From the NCBI GenBank assembly GCA_965261535.1, contig OZ253469.1, forward strand, positions 2,924,099-2,988,098: a DNA stretch of 64,000 nt, given 5' to 3'. Every line of letters starts with the position of its first letter. The stretch's first letter is position 1. A model generated the notes under the pieces. That model had not been told where the DNA came from, did no database searches, and worked only from the letters and a program-made list of their open reading frames with translations. Position numbers and translations under genes: made by a program. Positions 49,333-59,645 of the stretch are shown here, piece by piece. Source of the DNA: Candidatus Azotimanducaceae bacterium (GTDB lineage Bacteria > Pseudomonadota > Gammaproteobacteria > Pseudomonadales > Azotimanducaceae).

Positions 49333-50506
49333 GGCGCAGCGATGATGCGTGGTCTTCTGATCATTAGGCCGACTATAGCCCAGGTCAGAACAGGCTGTCA
49401 GGATTTCCGTGTCACAGGCCACAGCAAGAGTCCGCCCCGCACGACTTCAAGGCGCGATCGAGCCTATGGAAGTCCCGTACCTCGCGGTGTGCCGAGTCTC
49501 CCAGCCAGCGTGTCAGAACCGCTACGTCAGACATCCCGAACACCCGCCACCCCATCTGAGGCTCGTCGTGGCCGTCGCCGTCGAAGTCAGCGGTAGCGGA
49601 TTGCGCACCGGCCTGGAGGGCAACAAGGAGCAGCATAACTAGCGCCGGACGAAATCGAGCGCAGGGGCGCCGTGCCGATGCTCATCGGATGATTCTGTCT
49701 GACGTCGCCCGCACCGTGCCTTCACACGCTCGCGGGGACCGTCCAGGCAGCGCCCGCCAGGTCGATGCCGTTCGTTCCGGGGCCGGCCCCAGCCACGGCA
49801 GGCTGGCCTTGCGGCGAACTTGCGGCGGCGTTCGCGGCGCCGGACTCTTTTGGGGATGAACTGAAACCGCGGCCGGGACCGAGAGACGGCGGGCCGGTTG
49901 GGGTTAACTACGTGTGCAGCTTCGCGGCGGCGTTGGCGGCTTGTGAAGCGCATGCGCAAGTCGCGCCGGGGCACGGGACCTGTGTGTCGAACTTCTTTGC
50001 CGGCACAGTGTCGCTCGCGCATAGCGAGGGGACGGGCGTTCACGTGTGGCTGGAGATCGACTGCGGGATTCCACGGTGACGCGCGAGACAGGACCATGCC
50101 AAATCCGAGCCGCAAAAGAACACTCGGTAGCCTCGCACAGCTAGCTGTCGACACTCTGCACTTGACCATCCGCCCTCCGCGGCGAGTTAAGCGTCGATCC
50201 ACCGCCCCCCACGCACGTCGCTGCACGTCGATAGCGCCGCCCGGATCCGGAGGCTGCTGGTGTACGACGAGACCCCGGACGACAATCTGCACCGGCCAGG
50301 TCGCGCAGAATGCCGGCCCCGCTGGTGCCGATTCCAGCAGCCACCACCTGTTACCACTGCGCGCGCGCCGCCATCTCCCACCGTGACGTGGACAGAAAAC
50401 CGCAATGGAACGTCTGCACCACGAGCGCCATGTGTCCGCAAAGTAAGGTAGGCGGCGAGGCGGAGCAAGCTGCCGACATTCGCCGTCCGGTCCACGGGGG
50501 GTGTCC

Positions 50507-53500
50507 TCATCGTGACGCCGGCAAGCTTACCTGTTCGTCCGCGCCGAACACGCGCAGCCGCCGGTTGCCTTCCAGCACCGTGAAGTCCCCGATCCGGTTG
50601 CCGCCCGCGTCCAGCCGGACCAGGTCAGACAGCACGGCCAGTGGCGCAACGTCCGTCACACGGTTGTCGCGCACATCCAGAGTAGCCAGCCGCCGCAATC
50701 CCGCCAGCGGCCCGATATCGGCCACGGCGTTGCCGTCGAGGCGCAGCGTCCTCAGTTCCGCCAGGCGGACAACCGGACCGAGATCGGCGATCCGGTTGTT
50801 GCCGAGGTCGAGCACCTGCAGGCCCGTCAGCGACGACAGGGCCTCGACGTCGGACAGGTCGTTGCCCCGCACCGACAGGTCCCGCAGGCCGGTCAGTCCC
50901 GAGAGCACCCACGGATCCGATACGGCGCCGTCGAGGTTGAGCGACCCAAGCGCCGGCAGCGATCCCAGCGGACGCAGGTCCGCGATCGCGTTCAAGCCGA
51001 GATCGAGGCCTTCCAGATTCACCGCCTGCTCCAGACCCGTCAGGTCCCGCACGCCCGCGTCGCGCGCGTCCAGTACCGTCAGCGCCGCCAGCTCGTGCAC
51101 ACCGATCACCGCACCCGGCGCCTTGCCCAGCGCCGCACCAATGCGCAACCGCAGACCCGCGTCCGGGAGCGATACCGGCGGTCCCGGGTCCGTCCCCGGA
51201 ACTCCCTCGGCGCGGTTCGTCAGCACCAACTCGGGAAGCACGCCGCCGACGCGCCGCAGACCCGGCACCGCGTACGCGTACAGCTTGCGGTCCGTGCCGT
51301 CCAACACCCACAGCGTCTCACCGTCCGACCACAGACCCTGCGGATTGCCGTTGCCCGACGATCCCGTGGCAATGTCCCGATCCCGCTGCCGTGCGCCGTT
51401 CGACAGACGGTAGGCGTACACCTGGCCGCGCCGGTACCACGACACCAGTACCGTCGCACCGTCCGACCACAGTCCCCAAGGCCAACCCGTCTTCACATCG
51501 CCGCTGCGGAACCCGAACTCTTCACCCGTCAACCGCGCGCCGTCCGACACACCGTAGGCATACAGGTGCCCATCGCCGTTGTCCGCCACCCACAGCGTCG
51601 TGCCATCCGACCACAGTCCGGCCGGACGGTTGTTGCCCGCCTCGGTCAGCGTCTCAAGGTCCAGGTCCGCCGCCGCGGCCCGCGCACCGTCCGACAGCCG
51701 ATGCGCCAGAACACCCCCGTAATAGTCCGCCACCCACAGCGTCACACCGTCCGACCACAGCCCCGACTGCGAACTGTCCGGGCCAATATCCAGGTCCCGG
51801 TCCGCCAGCCGTCGACCGTCCGACAGCGCGTAGGCCCGCACCACCTCGTAGCGGTCCGTCACCCAGACCGTCTCCCCGTCCGACCACACACCCGACGGCG
51901 CCGACGTGTCCGTCACGGCGATGTCCCGGTCCGGCAGCCGCGTGCCCCACGCCGGCAGCGCTGCCCGCGTCACCGTCACCGCGTACGTCCGACTGGTTTC
52001 ACCGTCCTCCGCCGTCACCTGCGCCGCGATCTCGTTCGCGCCCTCGGCAAGCGTTGATGTCCGCTCCGTCCCCAGCGTGCTGCCCGCCGCGTCCGTCAGC
52101 TCCACGCTCGCATTCGCATCCGTCGGCGTCGCTGCCACCGTCGTTGTCCCGATCTCGTGTGACACCTCCGCCGCGTACGCCGTCACCTCGCTGTCGAAAC
52201 TTCCGATGTCCACGTCCGTCAGGCTCAGCTCCGACAGGCTTGCATCGTCCGACGGCACGTCGCTCGCCCCGATCGTCACCTCCGCCGAGCCCAGCTCCGT
52301 GCCGTCCAGACTCGCCGTCACCGTCGCCGTCTCGGCCTCTTCATGCTCCGCGTCGTCCGTCGCCGTCACCGCGTCCTCGCCCGCTGCCAGCGTCAGACTC
52401 GCCGCCGTCAGCGTGTAGTCCGACTCCGATGCGCCCGTCACGCTCAACTCGACCGTCTGCTCCTCCGCATATGTCACACCGTTCGTGATCGACACCGTCA
52501 CCGTCGACGTGCCGCCTTCGTCGATCTCGGCAGGCTCGGCCGCTACCCCGAACGTGCCCTCGTCGTCGTCCGTCACCGTCACCGTCGCCGAGGCCGGCGT
52601 GCCGAGCTCGTATCCAGCACCCGCCAGCAGTTCGACCGTCAGCGCGCCATCCGCTTCGTTCACCGTGTCGTCGTCCGTCGCCAGCGTCAGCGTCGCGCTC
52701 AGCGCCCCCGCCGTCACCGTCACCGTCGACGGCGGCCCCGACACCAGCACCGAAGCCTCGTCCGTCACCGACACGGATACCGCGAGCTCCTCGCGTAGCG
52801 CCGCGTCCACCGTCACCGTGTACTCCGCCGCGCTGCCTTCCGTCACCGACTCCGCAACGGCCGCGATCGACACCGCCGGCACCGACGCCGTACTGCGAAT
52901 CGACAGCGCCACCCGCACCCCGTCCGACGCACCGTGCCAGTAGCGTCCGTACTCGCTGCTTGGCTGCGTCGCCGCCGTCTCCCAGTAGCGCTCGCCGATC
53001 AGGGTCGTCTCCTCGAAGCCGCGCATTCCGTAGCCGTTCCAGTACACCGTCAGCCCTGCCGTTCCCGTCAGGTGCGGGCTCGTGCCAAGCACGAAACGGC
53101 CCTGATTGTTCACCGCCGCGGTGGTCACCGTGTAGCGCGTACCGCCGACCTCGAAGTCGCCCCCCGTCAGCGAGCCAAAACGCTCATCCCAGAAATGGCC
53201 GTAGCCCGCGATGTCCAGCAGCAACCCGTCCGCCGCTTCCAGGGTCAATACCGTACCCAGCAACTCCTCTTCGCCACCGGTCAACGGCGGGTTCGCCGGC
53301 GCCTCCCATACCGGGTCCGTCGCCGCGCTGGTGCGTGACACCGCGCGCCGCGTCGCCCGCACCGACAGCGCAACGTCCGAGGCCGTCGGCGCGTAGCTCA
53401 AGTCCGTCGCACCGGCAATATCTTCCTCGTCGCGCAGCCACTGGACCGTCACGTCCGACTGCGGCGCTTCCGCGAAACTCGCCTCGAGCGTTCCGCCCAC

Positions 53501-54235
53501 CTGCGCAATGCCGGCGATCACGGGCTCCGGCGGCAGTGCCGGATCCGTGATCGCGACGCTCACCGAACCGACCGCCGAACCGTCCAGCGTCGCTTCGATC
53601 AGCGCCGTCTCCGGCTCCTCCGAAACACCGTCCGCCGTCGCCGTCAGCGTCGCCGTCACCGCGGCCTCGCCCGCCGCCAGCGGCAGGGCTGTCGGCGTCA
53701 GCGCGTAGTCCTCTCCCGACAACCCCGTCGCCGTCAGCAGGATCGACTGGTCCTCGGCGTACGTCACGCCGTTCGTCACCGCCACCGTCACCGCCGCTTC
53801 GTCCCCTTCCTCGATCTCGGAAGGCTCCGCCGTCACCTCGAAGACACCCGCGTCGTCGTCCTCCACCGTCACGGTGGCCGATACATCGTTGCCGAGCGCG
53901 TAGCCATCGCCCGCCAGCAGCGTCGTCGTCACGAACCCGTCACCTTCCACCACCGCGTCGTCTTGCGTCGCCACGCTGAGCGTCGCCGCAGTCGCACCCG
54001 CCGCGATCAGCACCGACTCCGGCGGCTCGCCCGACAGCATCGAGCCGTCTTCCGACACATCCACCGACACCGTCAGCGACCAGGCCGCCGCCGCGCTGCG
54101 CGTCACCGTGAACGCCGCCGCCGAACCCTCCGTCACCGACGCCGCGACACCCGCAATCGACACCTCCGGCTTCGGCGGACCCGCCACCGTCGCCGTCGCT
54201 CTGTTCGACAGCGCCGCGCCCGCCGCCGTGCACAC
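50507..54235 (-). CDS. giant surface protein, C-terminal part: Calx-beta, cadherin-like domain, WSDG-repeat region, leucine-rich repeats
   Basis: Contains Calx-beta-like units (SVTEGSAA.FTVT...TVTV.DDD) and a cadherin-like unit (DASLSELSLTDVDIGSFDSEVTAYAAEV). About 7 repeats of LWSDG.T.WV....Y precede the C-terminal LRRs (LxxLxLxxNxIxDLxPL). Confidence 0.75.
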   Translation of the reverse strand: MCTAAGAALSNRATATVAGPPKPEVSIAGVAASVTEGSAAAFTVTRSAAAAWSLTVSVDVSEDGSMLSGEPPESVLIAAGATAATLSVATQDDAVVEGDGFVTTTLLAGDGYALGNDVSATVTVEDDDAGVFEVTAEPSEIEEGDEAAVTVAVTNGVTYAEDQSILLTATGLSGEDYALTPTALPLAAGEAAVTATLTATADGVSEEPETALIEATLDGSAVGSVSVAITDPALPPEPVIAGIAQVGGTLEASFAEAPQSDVTVQWLRDEEDIAGATDLSYAPTASDVALSVRATRRAVSRTSAATDPVWEAPANPPLTGGEEELLGTVLTLEAADGLLLDIAGYGHFWDERFGSLTGGDFEVGGTRYTVTTAAVNNQGRFVLGTSPHLTGTAGLTVYWNGYGMRGFEETTLIGERYWETAATQPSSEYGRYWHGASDGVRVALSIRSTASVPAVSIAAVAESVTEGSAAEYTVTVDAALREELAVSVSVTDEASVLVSGPPSTVTVTAGALSATLTLATDDDTVNEADGALTVELLAGAGYELGTPASATVTVTDDDEGTFGVAAEPAEIDEGGTSTVTVSITNGVTYAEEQTVELSVTGASESDYTLTAASLTLAAGEDAVTATDDAEHEEAETATVTASLDGTELGSAEVTIGASDVPSDDASLSELSLTDVDIGSFDSEVTAYAAEVSHEIGTTTVAATPTDANASVELTDAAGSTLGTERTSTLAEGANEIAAQVTAEDGETSRTYAVTVTRAALPAWGTRLPDRDIAVTDTSAPSGVWSDGETVWVTDRYEVVRAYALSDGRRLADRDLDIGPDSSQSGLWSDGVTLWVADYYGGVLAHRLSDGARAAAADLDLETLTEAGNNRPAGLWSDGTTLWVADNGDGHLYAYGVSDGARLTGEEFGFRSGDVKTGWPWGLWSDGATVLVSWYRRGQVYAYRLSNGARQRDRDIATGSSGNGNPQGLWSDGETLWVLDGTDRKLYAYAVPGLRRVGGVLPELVLTNRAEGVPGTDPGPPVSLPDAGLRLRIGAALGKAPGAVIGVHELAALTVLDARDAGVRDLTGLEQAVNLEGLDLGLNAIADLRPLGSLPALGSLNLDGAVSDPWVLSGLTGLRDLSVRGNDLSDVEALSSLTGLQVLDLGNNRIADLGPVVRLAELRTLRLDGNAVADIGPLAGLRRLATLDVRDNRVTDVAPLAVLSDLVRLDAGGNRIGDFTVLEGNRRLRVFGADEQVSLPASR

Positions 54236-54324
54236 CGCCCCCGCGCCGAACAGTCGGATCGCGCCGGCAGAACGATCTCCAGGTCGCCCGCGCCCGTCGG
54301 CTCGACGCTGATGCGCCAGGCGAT

Positions 54325-57321
54325 CTAGCTCGGCGGCGACAGCTGCCGCGCACCGCGCACCACACCGTTGGTCACCTCGAAGCTCGCGTCCCGCAGCGTC
54401 ACGCCGCTGAGCTCCACCTCCTCGCTGAAACGCAGGTCAAACGTGAACTCCGTCGCGCCGTCGTGCGCATCCGGAATGTTCTCCAACGCCGCCGTCAGCG
54501 GCGCTGCGCCCGACTCGATCGACAACGACACCGACCCTACTTCAGCGCCGTTGTGGAATGCCCGTACCGTCACCGTCTCCGCCTCGTCCTCGACCTTGTC
54601 CCGCAACGCTGCGAGCGGCGCCACCGCGGAACGCGCGTAGGCCGCCAGCACCGTCTCGGACGGCAAACTGTAGTCCTCGCCCGCCGCCGCACTCCCGCTG
54701 GCCGTCAGCGTGATCGTCTGGTCCGTCGCGAACGTCACCCCGTTCGTGGTCGAGACATCGATCGCCACGGACGCGCCCTCCGCAACCTGCGACGGCGCCG
54801 TCACCGCAAACTCCGCCACATCGTTGTCCGCCAGCACCGTCTGTGCCGTGCCCGACTCCGCCGATACCCCGTAGCCCTCGCCCGCCAGCACCGTGCGCAC
54901 CACCGTCACCGCCTCGCGCACCACCCGGTCGTCCGTCAGGCCCAGCAGCAGCAGCGCCTCGCGCCGCTGCCCCAGGTTCACCGTGTGGCTCCGGTAACGC
55001 TCCTCGCCGCCGCTCACCGTCAGCTCCAGGTTCGCAGTCAGGGCGCCGAACGCCTGGATGCCGGTGCGCGACACCGTGAACGCGATCCGGTCGCCCTCCG
55101 CCCCGCTCGCCGATGCCGACGACACCGACACCTCCGGCACCCGCGCATCCGCCCCGGCCGTCACCGTGCCCACCAGGCCGTGCGACAGGCCACGCCCGTC
55201 CGCCGTGCACACCGCCCCGGCCGCCGCGCAGTCGGTCGCCGCCGGCAGCGTAACCACGATGTCTTGTGCCGCCGTCGGATCGACGACGACGTTCCACAGG
55301 TCGGAGCGTCTGTCCACGCGGTTCGCCAGCGTCACCTGCCCGTGCGTCACCCCGAAACCGGCATCGCGCAGCGTCCTGTTGCCTGTCGCGATCGGCTCGC
55401 TGAACCGCACCCGCAGCGCGAATGGCACCCCCGAGTGCGACGCCGGCAGCCCCACGAAACTCGCCGTCAGCGGCGGAAACACGCGCACCACCGTTACCGC
55501 GTACGTGCGAACCGTCTCACCGCCCTCGACGGCCACCTCGATCGAGATCTCGTTCGAACCCTGCACCAGCGCCACCTGGTGACCCGCCGTGTCGGCGTCC
55601 GCGTCGGCCGGCGTGATCGTCACCTCCGCGTTGGCGTCGCTGGCCGTCGCCTCCACCGTCGTCGTTGCCACACTCCGGTCCACACTCGCCTGGTAGCTCG
55701 TCGTCTCCGCCGAGAACGTGCCAATGTCGACATCCGCCAGACTCAGGCCCGACAACGTGGCGTCGCTTGACGGCGGCGGCGCCGTACCCGGTGACCCCCC
55801 ACGCGTCACGCGGAACGAACCGGCACCCTCCGGTGTCCTGGCGTACGCCTCGTCTCGGGCCAGCCCCGGGAAGTCCACCGCGTCGATCACGGCGTTCCCG
55901 TTGTCCTCCGTATCGGACAGCACCACGCTCTCTCCGCTGGCCGAGAGCTTGAAGTTCGCGTGCAGGCCGGGACTGTCGCCGGAGTCGTCGTCCGCCCACA
56001 CCAGCAGCCGGCCGCCGGCCCCGATCGATGTGCCTTCCGGGAATTGCCACTTCTTTGGCCTATCACGCCTGTCCGACAGATACATGCCGGACAGGTCGAT
56101 TGCCGACGCGGTCGTGTTGAACAGCTCGATCCAATCGTCATACTCGCCTTGCGGATCCGCCACGGTATTGCCGTTCGACGCCATCAACTCGTTTATCACC
56201 ACCGCGGCCGCGGCCGGATTCGCATCGTCGTCGCGTACGGTCAGGCTCGCGCTGCCTGGCGATGCCACCACGTAGCCATGGCCGCTCGCGAGCGTCACCG
56301 TCAGCAGGCCGTTCGGCTCATCCACTGTGTCGTTCGGGATCTGGATGCCAAGCAACGCCTCGCTCGCGCCCGCGGGCACGGTCGTCGATGTCGGCAGGGA
56401 GGCCGGCAGGTAGTCCTGGTCCCTGCCTTGGGTGACCTGCACGCCCACTACCAGATCCCCGCTCGGTGGCGGCGCCGCACTTATCGTGAGCGTCGCCGTG
56501 CCCCCCTCGGTGACCGGTCCGTCCGCGGCGATCGCGATCTCCGGGACAATCGGAGTCGCGCGCCCCGGCGAGGCGACAGCGGGCACGCTGAACGCGCCGC
56601 TCGCTTCAGGCGAGCGGCCGTATGACACGTCCGTGGCGAGTGCGGGGAAGTCGACGCTGTCGATCACCACGTTGTCACGGGCGTCGATATCCGACAGCAC
56701 GACGCTCTCGCCGCCTGCCGAGAGCTTGAAATTCGTGTGTAGTCCAGGACTGTCGCCGGAGTCGTCGTCGGCCCACACCAGCAGATAGCCGCCCGCCGCG
56801 ATCGCCGTGCCCTCCGGGAACTGCCACTTCAGCGGGTTGGTCGCCTTGTCCGAAAGGTACATCCCCGACAGATCGATCGCGTCGGTGCCCCAGTTCAGCA
56901 GTTCGATCCAGTCGTCGTCGTCCCCCTGGGGATCCTCGATCGTCCCACCATTGGACGCCATCAGTTCGTTGATGACGAGCGTGGTGGGAGTCGTGCCCGC
57001 GTCCACTTCGGCGTCCGATTGCTCGGCGGCGGTCAAGGTGTACGTGAAGAGGTAGCGTGGCAGATCGTCGGCGTAGGCGGACACACGCGCGGTGAATACG
57101 CCATCGCCCGCCGTGGCGTCGGCGTCCTCGCCGGCGTCCCCCATGGCAACCGACGTGAACTCGCCGCTCGACCCGGCGTGTTGCACGGTGGCGGCGGTCA
57201 CGGCGCGTGCCGCAGCCGCTTCCACGCTCATCGCCAACGCAATCACGGCCAGACATGGCATCGTCGCCGACCGCAGCGCGTGGCGGCCGAATGTCCCACG
57301 CCAAAGCGTCAGTACACCCAT
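54325..57321 (-). CDS. giant surface protein, N-terminal part: signal peptide, two lamin-tail domains, Calx-beta and cadherin-like units
   Basis: LTD signature occurs twice (VINELMASNG...DDWIEL.N...IDLSGMYLSD...KWQFPEGT...LLVWADDDSGDSPGLH.NFKLS). Alternative start at 57261 (MPCLAVIALAMSVEA). Ends at an in-frame TAG. Confidence 0.75.
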   Translation of the reverse strand: MGVLTLWRGTFGRHALRSATMPCLAVIALAMSVEAAAARAVTAATVQHAGSSGEFTSVAMGDAGEDADATAGDGVFTARVSAYADDLPRYLFTYTLTAAEQSDAEVDAGTTPTTLVINELMASNGGTIEDPQGDDDDWIELLNWGTDAIDLSGMYLSDKATNPLKWQFPEGTAIAAGGYLLVWADDDSGDSPGLHTNFKLSAGGESVVLSDIDARDNVVIDSVDFPALATDVSYGRSPEASGAFSVPAVASPGRATPIVPEIAIAADGPVTEGGTATLTISAAPPPSGDLVVGVQVTQGRDQDYLPASLPTSTTVPAGASEALLGIQIPNDTVDEPNGLLTVTLASGHGYVVASPGSASLTVRDDDANPAAAAVVINELMASNGNTVADPQGEYDDWIELFNTTASAIDLSGMYLSDRRDRPKKWQFPEGTSIGAGGRLLVWADDDSGDSPGLHANFKLSASGESVVLSDTEDNGNAVIDAVDFPGLARDEAYARTPEGAGSFRVTRGGSPGTAPPPSSDATLSGLSLADVDIGTFSAETTSYQASVDRSVATTTVEATASDANAEVTITPADADADTAGHQVALVQGSNEISIEVAVEGGETVRTYAVTVVRVFPPLTASFVGLPASHSGVPFALRVRFSEPIATGNRTLRDAGFGVTHGQVTLANRVDRRSDLWNVVVDPTAAQDIVVTLPAATDCAAAGAVCTADGRGLSHGLVGTVTAGADARVPEVSVSSASASGAEGDRIAFTVSRTGIQAFGALTANLELTVSGGEERYRSHTVNLGQRREALLLLGLTDDRVVREAVTVVRTVLAGEGYGVSAESGTAQTVLADNDVAEFAVTAPSQVAEGASVAIDVSTTNGVTFATDQTITLTASGSAAAGEDYSLPSETVLAAYARSAVAPLAALRDKVEDEAETVTVRAFHNGAEVGSVSLSIESGAAPLTAALENIPDAHDGATEFTFDLRFSEEVELSGVTLRDASFEVTNGVVRGARQLSPPS

Positions 57322-59645
57322 GGCCGCGCCTGCTTGATCGCGACTTCGTTCGCGGCGGTGACCTTGAACTCGATGTCCATCGCGAACTCGTCGTCTTCGC
57401 TGACGCCGTACAATGTCGCGAAGCGGACATGAATCGTCTCCAACGCCGCGTGCAACGTCGCCGTGTGCGCCTCGCTGAGCACGCGGACCTCGTCCGCAAC
57501 CAGGTTCGACCGGCGCACCACCGTCGTCTCGAAGTTCTCGCCCTCTCTCAACAGCAACTCCTCAGGCACAGCCGCGGCGGACGGATTGGTCACCAGTTCC
57601 TCGCCGACCTGCGTGTTGACGTAGTACGCGTCAGCCGTGCCATAGATCGGGTCGTCGGAGACCGCCACGCCGTTGGACTGCTCATCGCTGAAGTTGGGAT
57701 GCAGCAGCACGCCCATGGCCGCTGCCTTGTGATCCACCCGGTAGAACGCGCGCTCCTCAAAGGCGCGCAGGTTCCACATGCTGGCGAACACCTGCTTGAC
57801 GGATTTCTCCAAGTGCCCCTCCGTCGGGTGGTGCGTATACGAGTCGTAGAGGCCGGCGCCGCTGAAGCCCGGCAGGTCCTCGTTGTTCGTGCTCGACCGG
57901 CAACGGATCGACGTGTCCGCCGGAAACAGCGCTTGCAGCGCGGCCAGGGACGTGCGCATCCACTCTGGCATGGCGCCGTTCTCGATGCGCCGCCGCAGCT
58001 TCTTCAGTTCGGCGTCGCGCGTGCCGATGCTCGCCTGGAAGTCAGCATCGCCGAGCATTTCGTCGATGGTGTCGTAGAAGCCGTTGTGCTTCATGAACTC
58101 GTGGTAGTAGTAGAACGGCAGCGCGTAGCCGTCGGGCACCGCCACATCCGGCAGTGCGAGGGTGCGCAGCACGGCCAGGTTGGCGGCCTTCACACCGAAG
58201 GTGTCCGAGTCGTTGAAGACGATCCCATCCAGATCGCTGTAAGTGGTCGCCGCGAGGTTCCGGGGTGGCGTCTGCGCCGCATCGGGGCGGCGTGCCGCGT
58301 GGTGCGCCGCCACCTCATCCACAGTCGACTCGGTAATCGAGAAGCCGGCCCTCGACACGGCCTCGCCGGTGTTGGGGTCGGTCCATTCGAACCGCGTTTG
58401 GGGGTTCGCCGCCACCTCGAAACGCACGTACTTCCCGACGAGCGCGGCGATGGCAGGGTCGTCTAGCGCATTTCCGATGTACGCGTTCGGCACGCCGTCC
58501 TGGATGGCGCGCAGGTTGACGTGCGACAGTGGCGTCTGCCGATCGAGCGAGATGACGCCGCCGACCGCGGGCAACTCGTTCGGTATGCGACGCAGGAGCG
58601 CCACGTCCTTGAACGTCGGCCGCTCGCTGCCGTCGAACACCCGCAGCAGCCCGTAGCCCACGGCCGCGTTCAGTGGGCTGAAGACCGAAGCCTCGAACAG
58701 ATCCTCATCGAGGTACACGGGTACGCGCGAAGCGTCGTACTTGGCCTTCTGCGCCTCGTAGCGCTCCAGGCCGGGCCCCGCCGCCGGGTGGTAGACGAGG
58801 TTATTGCGCAGAAACGGCATGCTCGCCGCGATCAGCTCGTGGCCCCTCGCCACCCAATTGAAAGACCAGGAATTATGTGGCTGATATTGGTAGCGGAACG
58901 TTCCCACCTCGCCGCCCGGTCCCACAACGTTCGGGAAGTAGGTGATTTCTCCGAGCAGGTGATTCGGCCTGTAGAGTTCAAACCTGTCCCACCGGAGAGC
59001 GTAAAGCCAGAAGTTGAGATGCGCGCTCCAGCGATTGGAGTTCATGAAGTGGACAGCAGCCCTGGGCCTCTGGAAATAGGACACGATGAACTTGATGTGT
59101 TCGAGCTCGCCCAGATGCTCGTCCCATACTTCCCGGTGGCCCTGGAAGGACAGCCGCTGGAACGTGGCCATGTCCGGGATGGCGACAGCACCGTCTCCGA
59201 TCGGGATCGACTCTGCCCCATTCAACGGTGCCCGGGCACCCGCCTCGGCATGTCCGAGCTCCGTCAGGTCGTCGGTGCCGTCGCCGTCCACGTCGCCGGC
59301 CGCGCCCGTCGAGTGCGTCGCCACCCGGTACGCCCCACCGGACCCTGCACGCAGCGGCTCGCTCAGTATGACGCTGCCTTCCTTTCCCGGGTGGACCGCG
59401 ACGGCATCCTCCGTGAGAGCGTCATCCGGCGACGCGCGGTAGTACAGAACGTGGTATCGGTCCGTCGCGCTGGGCACCTCGATCCGTACCCGGTCGTCGT
59501 CGCCAACCGAGAAGGAAACCGTGCCGCCGTCGGTCTGTGCCTGGCCCACGCCGGCAGCCGCGCAGCACGCGACAGCCGCGCCAAACCGGCGCCACCCGGT
59601 GCCGCGGCGCCCCCGGTCGGTCAGGATCTCAAGAGAGATTCTCAT
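57309..59645 (-). CDS. secreted PEP/pyruvate-binding (PPDK_N, ATP-grasp-like) domain protein
   Basis: Start at MRISLEIL, with signal-like AAVACCAAAGVGQAQ. The C-terminal half (FGVKAANL...RCRSSTNNEDLPGFSGAGLYDS...VFASMWN.RAF..R) matches the PEP-utilising enzyme N-terminal domain. Ends 13 nt inside the next gene. Confidence 0.75.
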   Translation of the reverse strand: MRISLEILTDRGRRGTGWRRFGAAVACCAAAGVGQAQTDGGTVSFSVGDDDRVRIEVPSATDRYHVLYYRASPDDALTEDAVAVHPGKEGSVILSEPLRAGSGGAYRVATHSTGAAGDVDGDGTDDLTELGHAEAGARAPLNGAESIPIGDGAVAIPDMATFQRLSFQGHREVWDEHLGELEHIKFIVSYFQRPRAAVHFMNSNRWSAHLNFWLYALRWDRFELYRPNHLLGEITYFPNVVGPGGEVGTFRYQYQPHNSWSFNWVARGHELIAASMPFLRNNLVYHPAAGPGLERYEAQKAKYDASRVPVYLDEDLFEASVFSPLNAAVGYGLLRVFDGSERPTFKDVALLRRIPNELPAVGGVISLDRQTPLSHVNLRAIQDGVPNAYIGNALDDPAIAALVGKYVRFEVAANPQTRFEWTDPNTGEAVSRAGFSITESTVDEVAAHHAARRPDAAQTPPRNLAATTYSDLDGIVFNDSDTFGVKAANLAVLRTLALPDVAVPDGYALPFYYYHEFMKHNGFYDTIDEMLGDADFQASIGTRDAELKKLRRRIENGAMPEWMRTSLAALQALFPADTSIRCRSSTNNEDLPGFSGAGLYDSYTHHPTEGHLEKSVKQVFASMWNLRAFEERAFYRVDHKAAAMGVLLHPNFSDEQSNGVAVSDDPIYGTADAYYVNTQVGEELVTNPSAAAVPEELLLREGENFETTVVRRSNLVADEVRVLSEAHTATLHAALETIHVRFATLYGVSEDDEFAMDIEFKVTAANEVAIKQARPWVY

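Noticed and set aside
49412-49636. Small ORF MLLLVALQAGAQSATADFDGDGHDEP... resembling a signal peptide plus one FG-GAP/VCBS-like DFDGDG motif.
   Set aside because: It is only 74 aa with a single motif and has no continuation in any frame. It is probably a relic or chance ORF.
46652-54327. Possible reassignment or readthrough of TAG, because two large genes carry an in-frame TAG (46652, 54325).
   Set aside because: TAG terminates several well-supported genes in the window at natural protein ends, for example 2154..5276, 7346..8347, 14508..15620 and 15598..16704. Nonsense mutation or base error is more likely.
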